From assembly GCA_028289375.1 (NCBI GenBank), contig JANQQK010000039.1, positions 80,842 to 144,841 of the forward strand: 64,000 nt of DNA. Reading direction: 5' to 3'. Numbering within the stretch: the stretch's first letter is position 1; every line of letters starts with the position of its first letter. Shown one piece after another: positions 57,247-64,000 of the stretch. Made by a program: the position numbers and the translations under genes. The notes beneath the pieces are model-generated. The model saw nothing but the letters and a program-made list of their open reading frames with translations. It made no database searches and was not told where the DNA came from. The DNA is from Phycisphaerae bacterium. Lineage in GTDB: Bacteria > Planctomycetota > Phycisphaerae > UBA1845.

Positions 57247-57293
57247 TTGTTGCCATGGTGGCTGTCAAAGCGACAGCCTGTTGCGTGCTGCGA

Positions 57294-59387
57294 CTAATCG
57301 CCTGCTTTGCTCTTCGCCTTCTGGTGCGCTTCGATGATCTCCTTCTGGATCGACGCCGGCGTCTTACGGTAGGCGTGGAAGGTCATCGTGAAGCTGGCCT
57401 TTCCCTGCGTGAGCGAGCGAACATCGGTTGCATAGCCGAACATCTCAGCCAGCGGAACCTCGCCGGTGACGATGGCCGACTGCCCCTTCATCTCCGCACC
57501 ACTGATGATGCCGCGACGCGAACTGAGGTCACCGGTGACAGCGCCCTGGCACTCGGTCGGCGCCTCGACCTCGACCTTCATGATCGGCTCGAGGAGGACC
57601 GGCTTGGCTGCGAGGAACGCCTGCTTGAACGCGGTGCGTGCACAGACCTGGAACGCGAGGTCCGATGAATCAACCGCGTGAAAGCTGCCGTCTTCGAGAA
57701 GCATCTTCGTCTTGACGATTTCAAAGCCAGCCAGTGGTCCCTGCATGCGGGCCATCTGGAAACCCTTGTCGACCGACGGGATGTACTCCGTTGGGATGCG
57801 ACCACCCGTGATCTTGCTCTCGAATTCGTAATCTTCCTCCGAATCCTCGGGCATTGGGCTTAGCTTGCCGACGACGTGGGCGTATTGGCCGGAACCACCG
57901 GTCTGCTTTTTGTGCTTGTAATCGTAGGACGCTTCGTTCGTCGGGGCTTCGCGGTACGAGACCTTTGGCTGACCGACCGTGATGTTGCAGTTGTATTCGC
58001 GACGCAGACGCTCGACGTAAACGTCCAGGTGCAGTTCACCCATGCCGCTGATGATCGTCTCATCGGACTCCTCATCGTAATGGACGTGGAAGGTCGGGTC
58101 TTCCTTCATGAAACGGTTGAGGCCCTTGGACATTTTGTCGCGATCGGCGTTCTTCTCCGGAACGATCGAGAGCGAGATGACAGGCTCCATCACGTGGATC
58201 TGCTCGAGGGCGAAGCTGGTGCCCTGATCGCAGATGGTGTCACCCGAATTACACTCGATGCCCATCACGCCCACGATGTCACCGGCGACGGCTTCGTCGA
58301 TGTCTTCGCGGCTGTTGGCGTGGATCTTGAGAATCCGCATGATCCGCTGCTTCTTGCCGCTGCGGGTGTTGATGTATTGCTGGCCTTTCTGCATGCGACC
58401 GCGGTACACGCGAACGTAAGTCACCTGACCGAAGGCTTCATCCACAAGCTTGAACGCCATGGCCACAAGCTGGCCGTCGGGATCGGCTGTGATGGCGGTC
58501 TCGGCGCCTTCGTTGTGGTTGTCGGATGCATAGGCAACGCGATCCAGCGGCGAGGGCAGGTAACGCACGACGGCATCACAGAGCGGCTGCACGCCGACGT
58601 TCTTGTACGCACTGCCGACGATGACAGCGGTGATCTCGCGATTGAGCGTCGCGGTGCGGATGGCTTTGTGGATCATCTCTGAGGAGAGATCCGCCTCCTC
58701 GAGCATCGCCTCCATCAACTCGTCGTCGTAGAGACTGAGCGTATCGAGCATGCCGGAGCGGGCACGATCGGCTTCCTCGGCGTACTCGGCCGGGATGTCG
58801 ACCATCTTGATCTGCTCGCCGTTGGCTCCTTCGAAACAGACTTTCTTCATTTCGATCAGATCGATCACGCCCTCGAAATTGTCGCCCGCACCGATCGGCA
58901 ACTGCAGCGGGACAGCCACGTGACCAAGCTTGCTTTCCAACTCACTGACGACCTGAGCAGGATCGGCGCCGACGCGGTCCATCTTGTTGATGAAAGCGAT
59001 CCGAGGCACGCGGTAGCGACGCATCTGACGGTCAACCGTCAGTGTCTGCGACTGCACACCACCAACCGCACAAAGCACGAGAACCGCGCCATCAAGAACA
59101 CGCAGCGAACGCTCGACCTCAATGGTGAAGTCGACGTGACCGGGCGTGTCAATGATGTTCACCTCGTGATCCTGCCACGTGACGTTGGTGGCCGCGGAGG
59201 TGATGGTGATGCCGCGCTCTTTTTCAAGCTCCATGTGATCCATGGTGGCGCCGCCATCCTTGCCCTTGACCTCCTGGATGCGGTGGATGCGACCTGTGTA
59301 GAACAGGATGCGCTCGGTCAGGGTGGTCTTACCCGAGTCGATGTGAGCACTGATGCCGATGTTGCGGACGCTTGCTAGATGTTCCAT
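57294..59387 (-). CDS. fusA: elongation factor G (mitochondrial EF-G1-like / spd-type)
   Basis: ATG at 59387 gives [42 protein letters not shown] and NKMD G-motifs. 697 aa. The ORF part upstream (to 59573) lacks protein-like features. Confidence 0.92.
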   Translation of the reverse strand: MEHLASVRNIGISAHIDSGKTTLTERILFYTGRIHRIQEVKGKDGGATMDHMELEKERGITITSAATNVTWQDHEVNIIDTPGHVDFTIEVERSLRVLDGAVLVLCAVGGVQSQTLTVDRQMRRYRVPRIAFINKMDRVGADPAQVVSELESKLGHVAVPLQLPIGAGDNFEGVIDLIEMKKVCFEGANGEQIKMVDIPAEYAEEADRARSGMLDTLSLYDDELMEAMLEEADLSSEMIHKAIRTATLNREITAVIVGSAYKNVGVQPLCDAVVRYLPSPLDRVAYASDNHNEGAETAITADPDGQLVAMAFKLVDEAFGQVTYVRVYRGRMQKGQQYINTRSGKKQRIMRILKIHANSREDIDEAVAGDIVGVMGIECNSGDTICDQGTSFALEQIHVMEPVISLSIVPEKNADRDKMSKGLNRFMKEDPTFHVHYDEESDETIISGMGELHLDVYVERLRREYNCNITVGQPKVSYREAPTNEASYDYKHKKQTGGSGQYAHVVGKLSPMPEDSEEDYEFESKITGGRIPTEYIPSVDKGFQMARMQGPLAGFEIVKTKMLLEDGSFHAVDSSDLAFQVCARTAFKQAFLAAKPVLLEPIMKVEVEAPTECQGAVTGDLSSRRGIISGAEMKGQSAIVTGEVPLAEMFGYATDVRSLTQGKASFTMTFHAYRKTPASIQKEIIEAHQKAKSKAGD

Positions 59388-59721
59388 TGCTCTTTCGTCA
59401 CACTCTACTTTGTGGTTATTCCCCACCCGTCGCCGGAAGACCCTTCCGGTCCACGCCTGGCCCAATGCACAAGTAACAGGTGGGATCGCTATTGTTGAAA
59501 CCGAATTGGCCCGGTCCGACCCTGAGCCAACCCCCGACTGGCGAGGCCCGCCAGCGATGGGGAAGAGTAGCACGTTATGTCAACGAAATCCAGCCCTTAG
59601 ATCGGTTCCTGTCCCGTCTGAACGAAAAATTTGCGAATGGTTTGCACAGACTTATCGGTCACCGTCTGCGAGGACCGCGAACCGGGCAGGATTCCAGATG
59701 AAATCTCGGACCGAATGTGAA

Positions 59722-60732
59722 TCAGACGCGGTAGGACTTTGGTTGAAAGAGGTGTGGGTGCTCCTGAACGAAGGCGATGGTCTGGCGAAGTCCATCGTCG
59801 AGCGACACCGCCGGCGACCAACCAAGCAGGTCACACGCGAGCCGCGAATCGCACAGCAATTCACTGACCTCGCTGCCGGTCGGGCGCATGCGGGTCGATT
59901 CGCTCTCCCAGCGACAGTCCCCGACGATGGAGCAGATCCGGTCGGCCAATTCGCCGATCGCGATCGACTCGCCATGGCCGATGTTCACGGTTCTGCCGGT
60001 GGCGTTTGCGGTCGTTGCGGCGCGGATGAAGCCGTTGACGGTGTCGGTGACAAAGGTGAAGTCTCGCTTCGGCGACGGGTCGCCAATTTTCACAACCTTC
60101 TGTCCTGAAATACATTGCGCAATGATCGTTGGAATGATCGCACGATCCGACTGCCGAGGTCCAAACACGTTGAACGGACGGACAGTGACCACGGGAAGCT
60201 CGAAACTGCACGCGAAGCTCTCGACGAGTTTGTCGGCTGCGATCTTGCTGGCCGAGTATGGCGACTGCCCGACGAGCGGATGCGTTTCATCCATCGGGAC
60301 GTATTGTGCGGATCCGTAGACCTCGGAGGTCGACGTGTGGACGAGACGTTGGATGCCGCGAGCGCGTGCTGCTTGAAGGATGTTGAGGGTACCGGTGACG
60401 TTGGTGCGGACGTAGGCGTCGGGGGCGATGTAGGAGTATGGGATGCCGATGAGGGCGGCAAGGTGGAAGATCGTGTCGATCCCGTCCGTGACGTGCATGA
60501 CCGAATCGCGGTCGCAGACGTCGCCCCAGACAACATCGATTCTTTGGCGCACGTCGTCCGACAGAAACGCGAGGTTCCCGAGGTTCGGCTGACTCTTGTA
60601 GTTTCCGAGGACGCGGACCTGGGCACCGGTGGCGACGAGTTGCTCGACCAGATGTGAGCCGACGAAACCGGTGCCGCCGGTCACAAGCACTTTCCTGCCC
60701 GCCATTTCCACGATTCTGCCTCCTTCGCTCAT
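59722..60732 (-). CDS. NAD-dependent nucleotide-sugar 4,6-dehydratase/epimerase (extended SDR)
   Basis: KVLVTGGTGFVGSHL. Catalytic YSASK (YxxxK). RPFNVFGPRQ. Only a 5-nt gap from the upstream nucleotidyltransferase gene. Confidence 0.8.
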   Translation of the reverse strand: MSEGGRIVEMAGRKVLVTGGTGFVGSHLVEQLVATGAQVRVLGNYKSQPNLGNLAFLSDDVRQRIDVVWGDVCDRDSVMHVTDGIDTIFHLAALIGIPYSYIAPDAYVRTNVTGTLNILQAARARGIQRLVHTSTSEVYGSAQYVPMDETHPLVGQSPYSASKIAADKLVESFACSFELPVVTVRPFNVFGPRQSDRAIIPTIIAQCISGQKVVKIGDPSPKRDFTFVTDTVNGFIRAATTANATGRTVNIGHGESIAIGELADRICSIVGDCRWESESTRMRPTGSEVSELLCDSRLACDLLGWSPAVSLDDGLRQTIAFVQEHPHLFQPKSYRV

Positions 60733-60737
60733 GGTTG

Positions 60738-61487
60738 TCAGATCATCGCCAATGCTTCGGTGGCCGGTCGGATGAACGAGGCTCGGCGTTCGGCGTAGGC
60801 TTTGTTGGCGCGGTCAAGATCCTGCGGGCACCCGATGTCGTACCATTCGCCTGCGTGGCGGAACGTATTGACCGGGATGCGCTGCCCCAGCAGCGTGAGC
60901 ACGAGATCATCCATGCCGAACGGTGTTCCCGTCGGCACGTGGCCGAGCACGTCGCGGGACATCGCGTAGACGCCCATCGACACGAGTGTTTTGTGACACG
61001 GCTTCTCGCGAAAATCGGTGATAAACCCTTCGCCGTTGGTCTCGATGACACCGTCGGCAATGCGATGCTCGCGCGTGTAGGTTCCGACGGTCATCAGGCA
61101 GCCGGAGCGAATATGATCGCAAAAAAGCTCACTGAACGGGACATCTGTGAGCAAGTCGCCGTTCATGACGAGAAAGTGCTCGGGCAGCCAGTCGGCGAGC
61201 AATTGCAAAGGTCCGACGGTACCAAGCGGGCGATCTTCCTTGCTGTAGGCGATCGAGACGCCGAGGTCGCTCCCGTCGCCGAAGTAAGACCGAACGAGGC
61301 CTTCCAGATGGTTGACGGCGAGCATCAGCTCGGTGAAGCCATTCTCGCGTAGTTGATTGATGACAACCTCGAGAATGGGCGCATCGCAGACGGGCATCAG
61401 CGGTTTGGGCAGGACGTGCGTGTAGGGCTTCAACCTGCTGCCACGCCCGCCGGCCAGGATGACCGCGCGTTTTGGTTCATCCATCAT
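60738..61487 (-). CDS. sugar-phosphate nucleotidyltransferase
   Basis: ATG at 61487. AVILAGGRGSRLKPYTHVLPKPLMPV NTP-transferase motif. Confidence 0.8.
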   Translation of the reverse strand: MMDEPKRAVILAGGRGSRLKPYTHVLPKPLMPVCDAPILEVVINQLRENGFTELMLAVNHLEGLVRSYFGDGSDLGVSIAYSKEDRPLGTVGPLQLLADWLPEHFLVMNGDLLTDVPFSELFCDHIRSGCLMTVGTYTREHRIADGVIETNGEGFITDFREKPCHKTLVSMGVYAMSRDVLGHVPTGTPFGMDDLVLTLLGQRIPVNTFRHAGEWYDIGCPQDLDRANKAYAERRASFIRPATEALAMI

Positions 61488-61635
61488 GGTGATTTTCGGA
61501 CTCCCTCGGTTCAGCCCCCTGCACACATACCGCTACCCTAAGTTTTCGGACGCGGTGGGATTGAACTGAAGGGCAATGCCGTGAGTAACCGGTGCAATGT
61601 ATTATCGGACCAGCGACTCGTGCCAGCAGCAGGTC

Positions 61636-63993
61636 CTACTCCACGCGATCCAGCAACTGCTGCATCTCAGAACGCTTGGCTTCGTTGAGCACCGAAAGGC
61701 GATCGTCGATCGCCTTGGCTTGTTGCAGAGCGCTCCGGGCTGCCACTTTTGAGCCCAATTCCAGGTAGGCTTTGGCGAGTTTGAGGTACGCGCCGGCCTT
61801 GGTGCGTGGGGCGTTGTCGGCGAGTTCGGCCGCGGAGTTCAACTCGACGGCGGCTTCGGAGAACTTTCCGAGTGCGGAGAGGACGTAACCGCGCGTATCG
61901 TGCACGTGGGGATCATTGGGCGCCAGCTCGACAGCGCGGGTTGCCAGCTCGAGCGCCCGTTCGACATCCCTGCCGGTTTCGGCCAACACCCACGCAAGGT
62001 CATTGAGGACGCGTGTGTCGTCCGGTGACACCGCATGGGCCTGCTCGTAGAAACTGATGGCGTGATCCATGTCGCCATCCTGGTACGCAATCTGAGCGAG
62101 GGTCATGCGGGCTTCCACATTGTCGGGCTGCTTTTCGGCGACGTAGCCAATCACGTTCTGGGCGACAACCTGATGGGCGGGGTCTTGAGAACCGGCGAGA
62201 ATCGAGGCACCGAACATGAGGGTGACGAAGTCCTCCGGATCCCTCGCTTTTCGTTCGAGAAGCATGTCGGGCAACGTATCGAACTCGCCCCTTATTGCAC
62301 CGAGACAACGGAATCGTCGGACGAACTGCTGGGTCTCATTCGCGCCGGCGGTATTGGCTTGACTGAGCGCGCTGTCGAATGCCGTGACGTTGCCCTGTCT
62401 GCAGTGCATCTCCGAGAGCGCGAGCAACGGCTCAACGGTGTCGGCGCCCTCCAGTCGATCCACGAAGGCTGACAGGTCCGCGATGGCCGATTCAAGCTGT
62501 CCGGCTGCTGCCATCAGTTCTGCACGTCGTACCACGAAGTAGACATCGTCGCCAAGCTGCTCCAACGCATCGCCCGCAATGGTCACGGCCTCGTCCTGTC
62601 GACCGTCGGCCAACGCGATTTCGAACAGCATCACGTGGGCTGGTCGTCGCTTTGGATCAACGGAGATGACCGATTCGGCGAATCGGCGTGCCGCGGCCAT
62701 GTTGTTGTTGGCAACTTCGACGTTGGCACGAGCGAGCAGCAGATCTGGATGATTCGGATTGGCGGACAGCCCACGGGTCACATGGTTCGTGGCTTCATCG
62801 AGCTGTTCATCCTGCAGGGCCAACTGCACAAGCAGGAGGTAAGCGGTGATGGCTTTGGGGTCCGCTTCGATGACATTCTGGAGTTTCGACTCTGCCGTCG
62901 GTCGATCATCCGGATTCCCATCGCTGATGAGCACGCGGGCAGACATCAGCAGGAGGTCGGGATCGTCGGGATACTGTTCTTCCGCGTCGGCGAGCATGTT
63001 CCGTCCCTCTTTGACCATCGCGTCATCGCCGGACGAAAGCAGCGCACCGGCCAAAGATCGCTTGGCGGAAAGACGGTCCGCGTCGAGGTTGATTGAGGTT
63101 CGCCACGCGTCGATGGCTTCTTCCGTGCGGTTGCGCCTTTGGAAGAACCGCCCAAGTCGCTCCCACCCGTCGGCGGCGCGGTCATCAAACTGCGTCAGGG
63201 CGCGGAAGTCCATTTCAGCGGCATCGTCGTTTCCGCGGGCGGCGTGGAACTCGCCGCGGATGAAGTATGACTCGTAGTCCTTTCGCTGCTCAACCTTTTC
63301 GTTAAGCAAGGCGAGGGCGTCCTGGTTCTCACCTTCGGTGGACATGATGAAGGCACGGACGGCGATGATTTCGGGGTTTGTGGGATCGGCCTGTTCAACT
63401 TCGCGGAGGAGTTCAAGTGCGCGTTCGGCGTTGCGTTGCTCGCGATAGAGCAGTCGTGCGAGCAAAAGGCGCGACCGTGTATCGCGGGCGTCGCGTTCGA
63501 CCATCGCGTTGAGAATGTTGATGGCGGTCACAAAATCGCCACGCTTGACGGCCAGGTCGACACGGTGTTTTCCAAGCCCCGGCGTGTTGGCGGGCAGGTT
63601 GGCGAGAACGGATTCCGCCTCCGTGTCACGGGCCTGCATGCGCAGCAAAGCGAGCAGTCGGTCCGCCGCCTGAGCGGCGCGCGGATTGGCTGTCAGCGTT
63701 GCGCGGTAGACCGCTTCCGCTTTTGGCCAATCCTGGGAGACCTCGTGCACGCGACCCAGCAACATGGCGGGTCGCACCCAGTTGGCGTCGGCATCGATGC
63801 AGAAGTTGAGGAGCTTTTCAATCTCTTCCTTCTTGGCGATCAGATCATCACCGGTCATCCACAGCCGCGATTGATGCAGTCGCCAGCGTAGCCCATTGTC
63901 TCCTTCGACCGCCTTCATCTGCGTGACATACTCATTGGCGAGCGCGCGGTCTTCCATGATCTCGGGCATCTCGAGCAAGGCTGAGCGGACCAA
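61636..63993 (-). CDS. large TPR-repeat protein (5' end at or beyond the window edge)
   Basis: More than 15 TPR-like units throughout (for example AKAYLELGSKVAARSALQQAKAID, VLSALGKFSEAAVELNSAAEL). Only 7 nt remain upstream of the first ATG, so the true start cannot be determined. Confidence 0.7.
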   Translation of the reverse strand: MVRSALLEMPEIMEDRALANEYVTQMKAVEGDNGLRWRLHQSRLWMTGDDLIAKKEEIEKLLNFCIDADANWVRPAMLLGRVHEVSQDWPKAEAVYRATLTANPRAAQAADRLLALLRMQARDTEAESVLANLPANTPGLGKHRVDLAVKRGDFVTAINILNAMVERDARDTRSRLLLARLLYREQRNAERALELLREVEQADPTNPEIIAVRAFIMSTEGENQDALALLNEKVEQRKDYESYFIRGEFHAARGNDDAAEMDFRALTQFDDRAADGWERLGRFFQRRNRTEEAIDAWRTSINLDADRLSAKRSLAGALLSSGDDAMVKEGRNMLADAEEQYPDDPDLLLMSARVLISDGNPDDRPTAESKLQNVIEADPKAITAYLLLVQLALQDEQLDEATNHVTRGLSANPNHPDLLLARANVEVANNNMAAARRFAESVISVDPKRRPAHVMLFEIALADGRQDEAVTIAGDALEQLGDDVYFVVRRAELMAAAGQLESAIADLSAFVDRLEGADTVEPLLALSEMHCRQGNVTAFDSALSQANTAGANETQQFVRRFRCLGAIRGEFDTLPDMLLERKARDPEDFVTLMFGASILAGSQDPAHQVVAQNVIGYVAEKQPDNVEARMTLAQIAYQDGDMDHAISFYEQAHAVSPDDTRVLNDLAWVLAETGRDVERALELATRAVELAPNDPHVHDTRGYVLSALGKFSEAAVELNSAAELADNAPRTKAGAYLKLAKAYLELGSKVAARSALQQAKAIDDRLSVLNEAKRSEMQQLLDRVE

Positions 63994-64000
63994 CGCATCG

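Noticed and set aside
59388-59573. 62-aa N-terminal extension of the EF-G ORF
   Set aside because: EF-G homologues begin a few residues before the G1 motif. The extension is Gly/Arg/Ser-rich with no homology features. The ATG at 59387 gives the canonical N-terminus.

Overview
GC-rich bacterial chromosomal window with about 50 protein-coding genes and one tRNA (Glu-UUC). I found no rRNA, CRISPR array, transposase, integrase or prophage gene. The gene content points to Planctomycetota, possibly Phycisphaerae-like. This is inference from family content only: DUF1559-type pseudopilins, a BatA/MoxR/DUF58/VWA string, many lipobox signal peptides, a giant FG-GAP protein, a mitochondrial-type EF-G outside the str operon, and an expanded SecA. 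Layout: (1) 1-12.3 kb is one + strand string of tightly spaced or overlapping genes: membrane coiled-coil/zinc-finger protein, Fe3+-type ABC binding protein and permease with no ATPase, NHL lipoprotein, 1046-aa BatA/2xVWA protein, MoxR ATPase, DUF58, and a second BatA/VWA protein. (2) 12.3-13.8 kb holds a HEAT/TPR protein and a membrane protein. (3) 13.8-22.5 kb (- strand) holds a 1302-aa secA, a small secreted ORF and a 1402-aa FG-GAP lipoprotein. (4) 22.7-29.7 kb holds a UDP-sugar pyrophosphorylase, a Tat-DUF362 protein, a 509-bp non-coding spacer, a DUF1559 pseudopilin, NUDIX, an epimerase and two divergent lipoproteins. (5) 29.7-38.3 kb holds tRNA-Glu, PolX, a lone flagellin, recO-nadD, and GT2-gmd-fcl. 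(6) 38.3-45.4 kb (- strand) holds an M16 peptidase and a string of radical SAM, PhnD-like lipoprotein and lipoprotein genes. (7) 45.6-51.9 kb holds a pseudopilin coupled to a zinc-ribbon membrane protein, a TolB-like propeller, a response regulator with a degenerate GGDEF domain, metF, and a DNRLRE-like surface protein. (8) 52-64 kb holds fumC, an ABC ATPase plus an ABC-2 permease fused to a CPBP protease, a cytochrome c-prime-like lipoprotein, EF-G, a sugar-nucleotide gene pair and a large TPR protein cut by the window edge. The best candidates for uncharacterised systems are the 12-kb ABC/NHL/BatA/MoxR/DUF58/VWA string, the radical-SAM/PhnD-like/lipoprotein string, the pseudopilin/zinc-ribbon pair and the ABC/CPBP fusion. 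All functional calls rest on motifs read by eye from the translations; no database search was run.
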